Source: Alphaproteobacteria bacterium (GTDB lineage Bacteria; Pseudomonadota; Alphaproteobacteria; JBFXJJ01). From it: a stretch of DNA of 64,000 nt. Location: positions 96,001-160,000 of the forward strand of contig JBFXJJ010000002.1 of assembly GCA_050175015.1 (NCBI GenBank), read 5' to 3'. Below are positions 17,539 to 28,194 of the stretch, one piece after another. A model generated the notes under the pieces. It made no database searches, was not told the origin of the DNA, and saw only the letters and a list, made by a program, of their open reading frames with translations. The translations under genes were made by a program, and so were the position numbers. Each line of letters starts with the position of its first letter. Position 1 is the first letter of the stretch.

Positions 17539-19656
17539 TTATACCTGCCCTAAAGTTTTTATCTTTGCTTTAGGGTGAATTTCATTTTGTGACATAACAA
17601 CCGTTATCGGTCTAAATCTCTCAATTATGGAACGAACGAATGGTCGTATTGTAGGACTGGTCAACAATACAGGGGTTTGCCCCTGCATAGCAAACTCTTC
17701 GAAAACTTTTCTTACTCTGGTGATAAACTGCTGCAGTCTTGTTGGCTGCATTGATAACTGACGGTCTTCACCATTTCCAACAATTGATTCTGCAAAAGCC
17801 TGCTCCCATTCTGGAGATAATACCAAAATTGGAATAAAGCCTTCATCATTACTATTGGCGTCAGAAATCTGCCTATTAAGGCGCAGCCTTACGTGTTCGG
17901 TAATCGCCATAATATTGCTAGTAACTCCGCAAGCTTCAGATATACCTTCTAAAATTGTAGGCAAATCTCTTATCGAAACTCTTTCTTGCAAGAGGTTCTG
18001 CAAAATACGCTGCAGTCCACCAATACTTATTTTGTGCGGTATTACTTCTGCCACCAGCTTCTGATGTTCTTTATTCAATTCATCTAAAAGTTTTTGAGTT
18101 TCAGAGTAAGACAGCAGCTCAGACATATTATCACGAACAAGTTCCGTAATGTGAGTTGTTATAACTGTAGCAGGATCAACCACAGTATATCCCCTAAACA
18201 TCGCTTCTTCTCTATTGTCAGGATCAATCCACATTGCAGGCAGACCAAAAGTCGGCTCTCTAGTTTTTTCACCAGGAAGTGTAATTTCTTCTCCCCTAGG
18301 ATCCATTACTAAAAGCAAATTAGGGCGAACATCGCCGCCTCCAACTTTTACTTCCTTAATATAAATGACATAGGCATTAGCTTCGAGCTGCATATTATCT
18401 TGAATTCTAACAGAGGGCATAACAAAGCCAATTTCTACAGCTAATGCTCTGCGCAAAGCTTTAATCTGATCGGTAAGCTTGCGGCTAGCATCTTCATTGA
18501 TAAGAGGCAAAAGCCCATAGCCCAATTCCAATCTCACCAAATCGATACGCAAAGCTGTTGAAATAGGTTCTTCAGATGGCGGCAATTCTTCTTTTGCCTT
18601 TATTTCTTCAGCTTTTTTCTCTTCAACAACTTTATCTTTATGAACCTTATCAAGATAGTAGGCTGTGCTTCCGGTAAGAACGGCCAAAAGAAAGAAAGGC
18701 AGCATAGGAGTTCCTGGCAACATCGCTAAAGAAATAGCCATAAATGAACTCATACCTAAAGCTTTAGGATAATTAGTAAACTGCCCCAAAAGAACTTTAT
18801 CTGTTGATTCAGTAAGACCAGCTTTCGAAACCATAATACCAGCCGCAACCGAAATAATAAGCGCAGGAACTTGAGAAACTAGGCCGTCACCAACTGTTAA
18901 TCTCGTGTAGGTATCAGCAGCCTTAGTAAAGGTTAGATTGTTTTGAACCATACCAATAATTATTCCAGCAATGATATTAATCGCTGTAATAATAAGGCCT
19001 GCAACAGCATCACCTCGAACGAATTTTGATGCACCGTCCATAGCTCCATAGAATGAACTTTCTTGAGATAATTCCTCACGGCGCTTTTTGGCCTCAGGTT
19101 CATCGATTAACCCCGTAGACAAATCAGCATCAATCGCCATTTGTTTACCAGGCATAGCATCTAAAGCAAAACGAGCCGCGACTTCAGCAATACGTCCCGA
19201 ACCTTTGGTAATCACCATAAAATTCACGATAATTAAAATAGCAAAAACGATAACACCAATAACAAAGTTTCCACCCATAATAAAGCCGCCAAAAGCCTGA
19301 ATAACCTTTCCTGCGGCGTCTAATCCTCTATGCCCATTGGATAAAATCAATCTTGTCGAAGCCAAATTCAATGACAGTCGAAACATTGTTGTAATCAACA
19401 AAACCAAAGGAAACGATGTAAATTCAATCGGTTTTTCAATAAAAATAGATGTCATCAAAACCAGAGAAGCTACAGTCAAAGATAAAGCCAAGGAAATATC
19501 AAGCAGCCAAGGCGGCATTGGCATTATCAAAATAACCAACATCAAGACAACGCCTAAAGCAAGCCCTAAATCTCCTCTTAAGGCCGAACGTTTGACAAAC
19601 CCCAAAACATCAAAGGAATTAGAGCCCTTAGCGGTGTTTTTAACTGGTTCAGCCAT
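17539..19656 (-). CDS. flhA: Flagellar export gate FlhA
   Basis: RIAEVAARFALDAMPGKQMAIDADL, FYGAMDGASKFVRGDA, LTVGDGLVSQVP. Confidence 0.98.
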   Translation of the reverse strand: MAEPVKNTAKGSNSFDVLGFVKRSALRGDLGLALGVVLMLVILIMPMPPWLLDISLALSLTVASLVLMTSIFIEKPIEFTSFPLVLLITTMFRLSLNLASTRLILSNGHRGLDAAGKVIQAFGGFIMGGNFVIGVIVFAILIIVNFMVITKGSGRIAEVAARFALDAMPGKQMAIDADLSTGLIDEPEAKKRREELSQESSFYGAMDGASKFVRGDAVAGLIITAINIIAGIIIGMVQNNLTFTKAADTYTRLTVGDGLVSQVPALIISVAAGIMVSKAGLTESTDKVLLGQFTNYPKALGMSSFMAISLAMLPGTPMLPFFLLAVLTGSTAYYLDKVHKDKVVEEKKAEEIKAKEELPPSEEPISTALRIDLVRLELGYGLLPLINEDASRKLTDQIKALRRALAVEIGFVMPSVRIQDNMQLEANAYVIYIKEVKVGGGDVRPNLLLVMDPRGEEITLPGEKTREPTFGLPAMWIDPDNREEAMFRGYTVVDPATVITTHITELVRDNMSELLSYSETQKLLDELNKEHQKLVAEVIPHKISIGGLQRILQNLLQERVSIRDLPTILEGISEACGVTSNIMAITEHVRLRLNRQISDANSNDEGFIPILVLSPEWEQAFAESIVGNGEDRQLSMQPTRLQQFITRVRKVFEEFAMQGQTPVLLTSPTIRPFVRSIIERFRPITVVMSQNEIHPKAKIKTLGQV

Positions 19657-19680
19657 TTAATCTAACTTCCTCGATTTCGT

Positions 19681-21027
19681 TTATTCTGGTTGATTTGGAG
19701 TTGGAACATTATATCCTTCTTCAGAATACTGTTTTAGTTTATTACGCAGTGTCCTAATTGATATGCCTAAAATATTTGCAGCGTGTGTTCTGTTGCCCAA
19801 GGTATGTTTTAAGGTATCAATAATAAGATCTCTTTCTACTGCGGCAACCGTACGTCCCACCATTTGTCCATCATTAGAACCATCCATCATTGACTTCTCT
19901 TCCTCAGAAAAAGTCTTGTGGTTAGAATAATATGAAGTATCCAGCAAAATTGCATCAGCACTAATTTCATTTCCTGTGCTGATTAAGACCGCACGATGAA
20001 TTGTGTTTTCAAGTTCTCTGACATTGCCCTGCCAGAAGTGAAGCATAAGTTTTTTTTCTGCATTGCTTGAAAGAGGTTTTGCTTCTAGGTCGTTATTATC
20101 TGAGTATTTTTTAACAAAAAACTCTGCCAAAGGCTTAATATCAAGAGTACGTTCTCTAAGCGGCGGCAGATTAATATTAACAACGTTAAGCCTAAAATAT
20201 AAATCTTCTCTAAATCTGCCTTTTCTGACCTCATCTGCCATATTGCGATTTGAAGTAGCTATAATTCTAACATTAACTTTTATAGGGCTTTTGCCTCCTA
20301 TACGGTCAACTTCTCGTTCTTGAAGAACACGCAGTAATTTTGCTTGAAGCCTGACATCCATTTCACTGATTTCATCAAGCAGAATAGTTCCGTCATTAGC
20401 CTCTTCAAACTTGCCTATCCTGCGGGCAACAGCTCCTGTAAAAGCGCCTTTTTCATAACCGAAAAGTTCTGATTCTAAAAGCGTTTCTGGAATAGCCGCA
20501 CAGTTAACTGCAATAAACCGATTATTTTTACGTTTGCTATTTTCGTGAATATATCTTGAAAAAACTTCCTTGCCCGTTCCAGATTCTCCTGTAATTAGAA
20601 TGCTAGCATCTGATGGCGCAATTTGATCTGCCATCTGCAATACTTTTAACATCGCAGGATCTTGGCATATAAACGCGTGATTCTCCCTTGTTACTGCGGT
20701 AAGAATAGCACCTATCATTTCCGCATCAGGAGGCAGAGGAACATATTCCTTCGCTCCAGCTTTAATTGCTTTAACTGCTGCCGCCGTATCATTAGCAATG
20801 CCACAACCAACGACAGGAACGATAATTCTCTCTGATGCAAGATTTTCTATAAGCTCGTGAATATTAAGCTTAACATCTGCCATTACTAAATCAGCACCAT
20901 TATTACGCAGAATATCCATAGCGATATTAATATCTTCTGCGTGCAAAACTGTTCCTCCACGTTTCATTGCAATTTTGCTTGCGGCACCGATTTGACCATT
21001 TAGGGTTCCAATAATAAGAAGCCTCAT
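19681..21027 (-). CDS. flbD: Sigma-54-dependent flagellar transcriptional activator FlbD
   Basis: MRLLIIGTLNGQI N-terminus, GESGTGKE, GAFTGA, LLDEISE, C-terminal GNRTHAANILGISIRTLRNKL; between fliN and flhA. Confidence 0.93.
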   Translation of the reverse strand: MRLLIIGTLNGQIGAASKIAMKRGGTVLHAEDINIAMDILRNNGADLVMADVKLNIHELIENLASERIIVPVVGCGIANDTAAAVKAIKAGAKEYVPLPPDAEMIGAILTAVTRENHAFICQDPAMLKVLQMADQIAPSDASILITGESGTGKEVFSRYIHENSKRKNNRFIAVNCAAIPETLLESELFGYEKGAFTGAVARRIGKFEEANDGTILLDEISEMDVRLQAKLLRVLQEREVDRIGGKSPIKVNVRIIATSNRNMADEVRKGRFREDLYFRLNVVNINLPPLRERTLDIKPLAEFFVKKYSDNNDLEAKPLSSNAEKKLMLHFWQGNVRELENTIHRAVLISTGNEISADAILLDTSYYSNHKTFSEEEKSMMDGSNDGQMVGRTVAAVERDLIIDTLKHTLGNRTHAANILGISIRTLRNKLKQYSEEGYNVPTPNQPE

Positions 21028-21071
21028 AACTTTATCCTTAACTTGTTGGTTTTTAAAAACCTTTTGATACG

Positions 21072-21425
21072 CTATTCTGTTTTAATAATTTCTGTCATAG
21101 TTATGCCAAGCTTATCTTCCACAACTACAACCTCACCACGAGCTACTAACCTGTCGTTTACATAAATATCTATAGGTTCGCCAACTCTGCGATCCAACTC
21201 TAAGATAGCCCCTTTTCCTAATTTTAAAAGCTGATTAACCTGCATTGACGATTTACCAAGTACCGCAGAAACCCTGACAGGAATATCATAAACAGCATCT
21301 AACTCCAATGATGATTTAGGCTTGGTATCGACATCTTCAGCGACACTTGTTTCTTCTTCATTATAATCAAAAGAACGGTCTTCATTTTCTAAATCATTTA
21401 GTTCAAAACTGTTATTGTCTGACAT
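21072..21425 (-). CDS. fliN: Flagellar switch protein FliN
   Basis: AVYDIPVRVSAVLG...LELDRRVGEPIDIYVNDRLVARGEVVVVEDKLGITMTEI. Confidence 0.96.
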   Translation of the reverse strand: MSDNNSFELNDLENEDRSFDYNEEETSVAEDVDTKPKSSLELDAVYDIPVRVSAVLGKSSMQVNQLLKLGKGAILELDRRVGEPIDIYVNDRLVARGEVVVVEDKLGITMTEIIKTE

Positions 21426-21452
21426 TTGTCTGCCCTCAACTCTTTAATTTTT

Positions 21453-22220
21453 TTAACTCTGGTTATCTTCAACGGTTGACGTTTCTTTTACCTCAACATC
21501 TTGGCTTGGAACATTTTGTTTCAAGACATCGTCTATCTCTTCCAAAATACGTTTGGTGCTTTTCTCAATTTCGCCATTGTCCCACATAATTCTACAATCA
21601 CCTGACAACACCGCAGTATCATCAACAACATTAATAACCCCATCAAAATTAGCATCTTTAGATAAATCATAAATTTTCATATCGACACTATGCTTCTGCT
21701 CAGGGTTAACCTTTATTGTTATTTTTTCTTTATTAATTTGTGGTAAATATTTTCTTATTAATTCTTCGACTTCTTCTATTCCATGCTTTGAAGCAATAGT
21801 TGGAATAATTTTTTTGGTTATTGCTACAGCCAGCATTAGAGCCTTTTGCAAAACATCTTCATGGTTTCTAGTTTGCGTTTCTACTACTTTTTTTAAACCT
21901 TCCGCAATCTGCTCTCCAACTTTAATCTGTAAAGCTGCAACACTTTGGCTGTTTTTCTTAATCCCAGCTGCCTCACCTAAAGCAAAAGACGTAGCAGTAG
22001 CTTCATCTAATTCTTTTTGCGTAAACGTTGGCTCTGGCGGCTCTTCCACAATCTCAACAGCAGTTTCTTCTTCTACAGGGAACTCATCCTGAACAACTTC
22101 TTCGCTGAATTCATATTCTTCTTCAACGATATTTGCAGTTTTATCAGCCTTTTTTACCTCTGGCTCATCAAAGCTTACATCAAATAAAAATTTTTTTACA
22201 TTAGAAGAGGAAAAAGTCAT
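21453..22220 (-). CDS. fliH: Flagellar assembly protein FliH (FlbE)
   Basis: KFLFDVSFD N-terminus, AxxxG repeats, GDCRIMWDNG; between fliG and fliN. Confidence 0.88.
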   Translation of the reverse strand: MTFSSSNVKKFLFDVSFDEPEVKKADKTANIVEEEYEFSEEVVQDEFPVEEETAVEIVEEPPEPTFTQKELDEATATSFALGEAAGIKKNSQSVAALQIKVGEQIAEGLKKVVETQTRNHEDVLQKALMLAVAITKKIIPTIASKHGIEEVEELIRKYLPQINKEKITIKVNPEQKHSVDMKIYDLSKDANFDGVINVVDDTAVLSGDCRIMWDNGEIEKSTKRILEEIDDVLKQNVPSQDVEVKETSTVEDNQS

Positions 22221-22231
22221 AAATTTTACAC

Positions 22232-23254
22232 CTAATAAACCATTTCATCTTCGCCGCCACTCTCAGAAATGTAAATTTCTCCAGAGTTAGCGAGATCTTT
22301 AGCCAAATTAACCATTGCGACCTGAGCATCTTCAACGTCCTTAATTCTAACTGGACCAAGAGCATCCATATCTTCTTCAAGAATTTTCGCAGCTCTTGCC
22401 GACATATTTTTAAAGAACAAATCTTTAATTGATTCTGATGCACCTTTAAGAGCTTTTGCCAAGATTTCTTTTTCTGCACCTCTAAGAAGAACTTGAATGC
22501 CTTTAGTATCAACACGAACAAGATCTTCGAAGGTAAACATAAGAGATTTGACTTTCTCTGCAGATTCCCGATTTCTTTCTTCCAACGCAACCATAAATCT
22601 TGCTTCAGTATTGCGATCAAAGTTATTAAATATTTCAGCAATAAGTTCGTGAGAATCTCTTCTAGTTGATTTAGAAATGTTGCTCATAAACTCAGTTCTA
22701 AGGGTTTTCTCAATATCTTCAATAATTTCCTTTTTAATCGGCTCCATTCTAAGAAGTCTCATAATAACTTCCATCGAAAACGTTTCAGGTAAAAGGGGAA
22801 GAACTCTTGCTGCGTGTTCTGGTTTAATCTTAGATAAAACAACCGCAACGGTTTGCGGATATTCATTTTTAAGGTAATTTGCCAACACTTGCTCGTTAAC
22901 ATTGCCCAGCTTATCCCACATTGTTTTACCAGCAGGACCGCGCATTTCGTCCATAATAGCGTCGACTCGGTCTTTACTAAGACTTTTGAGCAGAAGTTTT
23001 TCTGTGCTTTCAAAACTTCCTATCAATGAACCTGTGTTAGAAATTTCATCAGCGAACTCAATAAAAAGTTTTTCAACGACGTCAGAATCAACCGTACCCA
23101 AATTGGACATTATCAAGGATATTTCTTTTATTTCTTCATCATCCATAATGGCAAAAAGATTTGCAGACTGCTCTTCACCTAAAGAAAGCATCATAATTGC
23201 AGCTTTTTGAGGACCTGTTAAATCTTTATAGCTTTCAATTTTCGAATTCGCCAA
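22232..23254 (-). CDS. fliG: Flagellar switch protein FliG
   Basis: [36 protein letters not shown]; TTG start with AGGAG RBS. Confidence 0.97.
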   Translation of the reverse strand: MANSKIESYKDLTGPQKAAIMMLSLGEEQSANLFAIMDDEEIKEISLIMSNLGTVDSDVVEKLFIEFADEISNTGSLIGSFESTEKLLLKSLSKDRVDAIMDEMRGPAGKTMWDKLGNVNEQVLANYLKNEYPQTVAVVLSKIKPEHAARVLPLLPETFSMEVIMRLLRMEPIKKEIIEDIEKTLRTEFMSNISKSTRRDSHELIAEIFNNFDRNTEARFMVALEERNRESAEKVKSLMFTFEDLVRVDTKGIQVLLRGAEKEILAKALKGASESIKDLFFKNMSARAAKILEEDMDALGPVRIKDVEDAQVAMVNLAKDLANSGEIYISESGGEDEMVY

Positions 23255-23309
23255 CGTCGTTACTCCTAAAGACGAAATTTATTATTTATACAATATATCA
23301 TATAAATAT

Positions 23310-24914
23310 CTATTCTTGATACATCCAATTTCTGATAATACCCAAAGCTTGATCTGGGTGTTTCTCAACAATTTCACTAATTTTCTTGATCGAAGAAGCC
23401 TTAACTCTGCCTTCAATTTTAGCAATATCAATAAGCTCATCCATCTGCTCGTCAGCGCCAAGAATAGGAGCTCCAAGTTGAGGGTGCAGCCCTTCAGGAA
23501 GCAGATCGTGTTCATCTTCCTCAATAGAGGTAGGTTCAAAGGCTTTATTAATAAGAGGTCTAATAACAAGGAATATCACCAAAATAGCGACAAGAGCAAC
23601 ACCTAAGCCTTCCGACATTCTCATAACTTCGCTCTTTGTGAAGCCCATAAATACCACAGGTTCTTCTGGGAACATATAGTTAACATCACTAAACTGCATA
23701 TTAGCAATTTCAACCTGATCGCCTCTATTAGCATCATAGCCTATAGTTGAACGAACTAATGCTGCCAAGATTTCCATCTCTTTTTCCGAACGAGGCTGAT
23801 AACTTTTGGTTCCATCTTGAGCAACATCATATGTACCATCGACAATAACTGCTACCGATATTTTTCGAACAACGCCATCGCTTTTTATGGCATTAACAAC
23901 CTTTTTTGAAATCTCATAGTTTACAGTTTCTTCAGTACGGCTTCTTTGGCTTTTCTGTTTAATATTAGAATTTGACAAATCGCTTCCTGGAAGATTTTGC
24001 CCAACCGTTACAACGTCAGGCTCTCCTTCTTCAGATTTTTCAGCATCTTCAACCGTCACCGCCGAACGCAAAACCTGTGTCTCAGGGTCATAGATTTCTT
24101 CGTTGGTAACAATTCGACTGAAATCCATCTCAACATTAACTTCGGCTCTAACCTTACCAACACCAACGGTACGTTCCAGCATATTTTCGATAGAACTTGT
24201 AAGCCTTCTTTGATATTCGAGACGACGTTCTTCATTGGTTGCTACCAGCATATCTTCATCGTTATCAAATTCTCTTGTAAGGAGTTTTCCTGTGTTATCA
24301 ATAACGGAAACATTTTTCATTTCCATCTTAGGAACAGACGCGGCAATCAATTTCTGGATAGCAATAACTTGACTTTGTGATATTTTGCCTTTTTTACTGT
24401 GAATAATAACTGATGCTGAAGGGCTATTTTCTTCTCTAGTAAACATTTCACGTTTAGGAAGAACAAGGTGTACTCTTGCGTTTGCGATATTATCCATAGA
24501 ACGAAGTGTTTTGGAAAGTTCCCCTTCCATCGCCCTGACTAAATTAATATTCTGCACAAAACTTGTTGATCCAAGAGCATCACCATTATCAAAAATCTCA
24601 TATCCGCCGCCAGATCCCAATGCTGGCAGATTATTGCTGGCAGCTTCAATTTTCATACGGGCAACTTGCGTTTCAGGAACAGATATTTCGGTACCATTTT
24701 TCTCTAGAAGATAATTAACATTATTTTCCTCAAGCATTTTAACTATTGACGCAGAATCTGCGGGATCTAAATCGCTATAAAGTATAGCCATTCTTGAATT
24801 TGAAAATCTAGCAGCAAAATAAACTAAAAAACCAAGCAAGAAAAAAGCGATGCCTGCCATAGCAGCCAAACGACCAGGACCCAAACTCTTTAATGTATTA
24901 ACCAAATTATTCAC
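23310..24914 (-). CDS. fliF: Flagellar MS-ring protein FliF
   Basis: GYEIFD, RAMEGEL, ARVHLVLP, ETVNYEISK, two TM segments; GTG start. Confidence 0.97.
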   Translation of the reverse strand: MNNLVNTLKSLGPGRLAAMAGIAFFLLGFLVYFAARFSNSRMAILYSDLDPADSASIVKMLEENNVNYLLEKNGTEISVPETQVARMKIEAASNNLPALGSGGGYEIFDNGDALGSTSFVQNINLVRAMEGELSKTLRSMDNIANARVHLVLPKREMFTREENSPSASVIIHSKKGKISQSQVIAIQKLIAASVPKMEMKNVSVIDNTGKLLTREFDNDEDMLVATNEERRLEYQRRLTSSIENMLERTVGVGKVRAEVNVEMDFSRIVTNEEIYDPETQVLRSAVTVEDAEKSEEGEPDVVTVGQNLPGSDLSNSNIKQKSQRSRTEETVNYEISKKVVNAIKSDGVVRKISVAVIVDGTYDVAQDGTKSYQPRSEKEMEILAALVRSTIGYDANRGDQVEIANMQFSDVNYMFPEEPVVFMGFTKSEVMRMSEGLGVALVAILVIFLVIRPLINKAFEPTSIEEDEHDLLPEGLHPQLGAPILGADEQMDELIDIAKIEGRVKASSIKKISEIVEKHPDQALGIIRNWMYQE

Positions 24915-24987
24915 AGCGACTTGTTCCTATTTGTTGAAATTATTTGCCCTTATTATTTCATTATATTTTAACACTCGTAAAAAAAGA

Positions 24988-25018
24988 GTTAATTGTAGGC
25001 AAAAATTGCCCAATTAAC
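24988..25018. promoter_or_regulatory. Nested palindrome upstream of fliF containing an ftr-like GGCA-N5-TGCC element (possible FlbD site)
   Basis: GTTAATTG-ta-GGCAAAAATTGCC-CAATTAAC; an overlapping one-mismatch CtrA-like TTAA-N7-TTTAC lies on the minus strand at 24977-24992. Confidence 0.45.
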
Positions 25019-25095
25019 GTAAACGAAAAACAATAAAAAGCCAACACAAAATATAGTATATCTCAAAAAAAGTATTGCCACAGATTGTTAATCAG

Positions 25096-25127
25096 AAAAA
25101 AAAGCCCCAACATTCTGCTGGGGCTTT
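25096..25127 (-). terminator. Intrinsic terminator of flgE
   Basis: AAAGCCCCA...TGGGGCTTT hairpin followed by a long T run on the minus strand. Confidence 0.82.
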
Positions 25128-25167
25128 AAAAAAACAGGAAATAAAATTTTAAGTTTAACTAAAAATC

Positions 25168-28062
25168 CTAACGTTTAATGCTGATAAGTTCATCAAGCAT
25201 TTCATCAGCGGTTGTAATAATTTTAGCTGCTGCTGAATATGCACGTTGAGTTGTAATCATCGTTGAGAATTCTTCTCCTAAATCAACCGTTGATGATTCA
25301 AGCGATGCTGAGTTGATGTCACCTGCGCCGCCAGTTGTAGCTGTGCGCAAAGTAGCTGTTCCTGAATAGTCAGTTTCAATCCAAGCATTTCCTGTTAAAG
25401 CTTCCATACCATTAGCATTGGTAAATGTTGCTAAAGGAATCTGGGCTATAGGTCTTGTATCACCATTATCAAACAATGCCGTAACAATACCGTCAGTTCC
25501 AATTGATATACCAGCAAAGTTACCGTATTTAGCACCATCTTGATAAAGGTAGTTAGTTGTAAAATCTCCAGATAAGTGAGTTAAACCATCTGTCGTGTTT
25601 GCGTTACCCATAAACAGTTCAATTTTAGAACCAACGTCAGCGTCACCAGTCATATCTTCAGCGCCATTGGCCCATTCAATAGACATATTATCGACGGTAA
25701 TATATTTAGGTGTACCATCTGAGTTAAAACGAACAGCTGGAGAAATTGCACCATCTTCAGATTCTAATTCGCCATTAAAACTGAAACGATCAGAAATAAC
25801 CAAGGTATTATTAGAAAGACTAGTTACTGTTAAACCATTATTTTTACCACTGCCATAAACAGCATCATCAAGTCCACTGTATGCGGTTGTGGTATAAGTA
25901 TCATTACCAGCAGAAACACTAGCACCGGGCATTGCATTAACACCTGCACCATTAGCAAGAGTTGCGGAAGATGCAATTAATGTTGTACCGTCTACAGCAG
26001 TAAGAGTCGTACCTGTATAAGCATTAACGTGGTTACTGATAGTTGTCAGCAATTCATTAATTGTGGTTTCACCTGAACCCCAAGTAACACCTGAAATATC
26101 AATATCGGTTGCACCACCAGCACCATTGGTAAGAGTATACGTTGTACCATCTATCGTAACTTGAGTATTCGTATAATCTGCTAAAGTATCATTTGCTGAA
26201 GATATTGTTACGGTTGAATATTGGGTTGCGAGTGATGTTGCTGAAATAATGCTGGCATTACCACTAACAAGAGAATTTTCATACGATTGATAAACATCAG
26301 AATTAGAACCTTCAACACGGTTAATCGCAGCTTTTAATCTATTCATAACAGCTTGAGAAGTCTCTGATGTACCCCAAGTAATATCACTAATATCAACATC
26401 GGTGTCAGCAACAGGAGTATCGGTAAAGGTGTATGTTGTGCCATTAATTGTTACCGTCTGATCCTGATAAAGGAATTGATAATTGCCATCTAATGTAGCC
26501 TTGGAATTATCACTAGTACTCAAGAGCATAGGTTCGCCTGTTGTTGACTGATAAAATTCAATAGAAGTTCCGCTAAGTTTCACTCTATCTGGCTCACGAA
26601 TATTCTGAGCAACAGAAGTATAGAGGAGAGTTGCAAGTTCAGCGGTATCAACACTTGTTCCAGATATTACAGAATCAATATTGATTGCGATTGAACCTGG
26701 TGTTGTTGAAGGACTTGCTGTAGTTGTAAATTCGTAAACCTGCTGGTCAATAACTATGGTTTTATTAACATAATCAGCTGCCGTTGTACTGTCAAAATTG
26801 AGAACAGCCACGTTTTTGTAAGCCCAATCAATCTCAGGAAGAGTAAATTGTCCTGAAGGAATACCTGTTGTAGGATCAGGAGCAGCAGAAGCTTGAACAG
26901 TTTCTAAGCAGTTTGAACAATCAAAATCAATACTGCCGCCAGCATAAGATTGCTCAATAGCCAACGTTTCATTATCTGCGGTAAACCTTGAACCTGAAGG
27001 AAATGTATCTTGAATAGCAGAGCAAAGTTTTTCAACTGCATCAGAAGCTACCACAACGCCGCTAGAAATATCAACTCTTACAACCTCTTCACCATTGGTA
27101 GGAACATAGGTTACAGGATCAGAATTGTTAACAAACTCATAAATATATGTTTGCCCAGTTTCATCGGTCAAAGAAATATAACTATGATTCTGAGGAATAT
27201 CCGTAAATTCAATTTGTGCTCTAGCTGCGTAAACATCATCAGACTCGTCGTCGGCTACTTCTCTATTAGAATAAAGGATTTGAGTTGCAGCCCCATCTGG
27301 CATTTTGGCATCTAAGCTCCAAGCATTAGAAGCTGTTTTCGTATACTCGAAGTTAATATTATGAGCGTTACCAAGGGAGTCATAAATTAAAACAGAGAGA
27401 GATTCCAAACCGCCATCATCAGGATTTGAAGGATCATAAACTGAAGCATCTGCAGGAAGATTGGCACCAAGCTGAATTTGTTTAGTAGGATTTGCACTAC
27501 CGCCAATTGTATTTAAGTTAATAGGCTTTAAGTTGTCACTATCAATAATATTATCGTTAATATAAGTGGTTGTACCATCGGTATCTTGATATGCTTTCAT
27601 ATATACCAAGCCATCAATAGTGACAGTGGTTGCCCCTTCTGAACCATCATATGGCATCAGAGTCCAAGCTTGAAGATAATAACCACCAGAATTTGTTAAA
27701 TAGCCAAAAGAATCTGTTTCAAAAGAACCTGCTCTCGTATATGCCCATCTGTTACCTGAAACTGGATTAGCGGCTTCGTTAACAACGAAGAAACCACTTC
27801 CAGAAATACCAAGATCGGTAGCTGAGCTGGTCGAACTTAAAAGACCTTGAACGTCAATTCCTGAACGTGGCTTAGACTGCACGCCACCTGGTGAATATTT
27901 TGTTAAAGAAACCTGTTTGGTTACAAGGGTTTGAAACTGATTATTAGTTCCTTTGTAACCTATTGTATTAACGTTTGCAACGTTATCAGCAATCGCACCC
28001 ATGGCACTTGATTGTGCTGAAAGTCCTGAAACGCCTGAAAAAAGTGCTCCGTAAAGACTCAT
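25168..28062 (-). CDS. flgE: Flagellar hook protein FlgE, very long (964 aa)
   Basis: MSLYGALFSGVSGL...IADNVANVNTIGYK, YTRAGSF, IYDSLGNAH, LESSTVDLGEEFSTMITTQRAYSAAAKIITTADEML; start ATG 28062 with GGGAG RBS; follows flgD. Confidence 0.95.
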   Translation of the reverse strand: MSLYGALFSGVSGLSAQSSAMGAIADNVANVNTIGYKGTNNQFQTLVTKQVSLTKYSPGGVQSKPRSGIDVQGLLSSTSSATDLGISGSGFFVVNEAANPVSGNRWAYTRAGSFETDSFGYLTNSGGYYLQAWTLMPYDGSEGATTVTIDGLVYMKAYQDTDGTTTYINDNIIDSDNLKPINLNTIGGSANPTKQIQLGANLPADASVYDPSNPDDGGLESLSVLIYDSLGNAHNINFEYTKTASNAWSLDAKMPDGAATQILYSNREVADDESDDVYAARAQIEFTDIPQNHSYISLTDETGQTYIYEFVNNSDPVTYVPTNGEEVVRVDISSGVVVASDAVEKLCSAIQDTFPSGSRFTADNETLAIEQSYAGGSIDFDCSNCLETVQASAAPDPTTGIPSGQFTLPEIDWAYKNVAVLNFDSTTAADYVNKTIVIDQQVYEFTTTASPSTTPGSIAINIDSVISGTSVDTAELATLLYTSVAQNIREPDRVKLSGTSIEFYQSTTGEPMLLSTSDNSKATLDGNYQFLYQDQTVTINGTTYTFTDTPVADTDVDISDITWGTSETSQAVMNRLKAAINRVEGSNSDVYQSYENSLVSGNASIISATSLATQYSTVTISSANDTLADYTNTQVTIDGTTYTLTNGAGGATDIDISGVTWGSGETTINELLTTISNHVNAYTGTTLTAVDGTTLIASSATLANGAGVNAMPGASVSAGNDTYTTTAYSGLDDAVYGSGKNNGLTVTSLSNNTLVISDRFSFNGELESEDGAISPAVRFNSDGTPKYITVDNMSIEWANGAEDMTGDADVGSKIELFMGNANTTDGLTHLSGDFTTNYLYQDGAKYGNFAGISIGTDGIVTALFDNGDTRPIAQIPLATFTNANGMEALTGNAWIETDYSGTATLRTATTGGAGDINSASLESSTVDLGEEFSTMITTQRAYSAAAKIITTADEMLDELISIKR

Positions 28063-28194
28063 TATTTTATCTCCCTTTTTTTCTTTCTGCTCGGTTTTCT
28101 TTCTGAACAACCAAACCTTAAAATCCTTTTGCTTTTTTAGCTTCTTGTATCAAAGCCTTATCTAATTTTTGTAATCTTTTATATTTTAATCACA

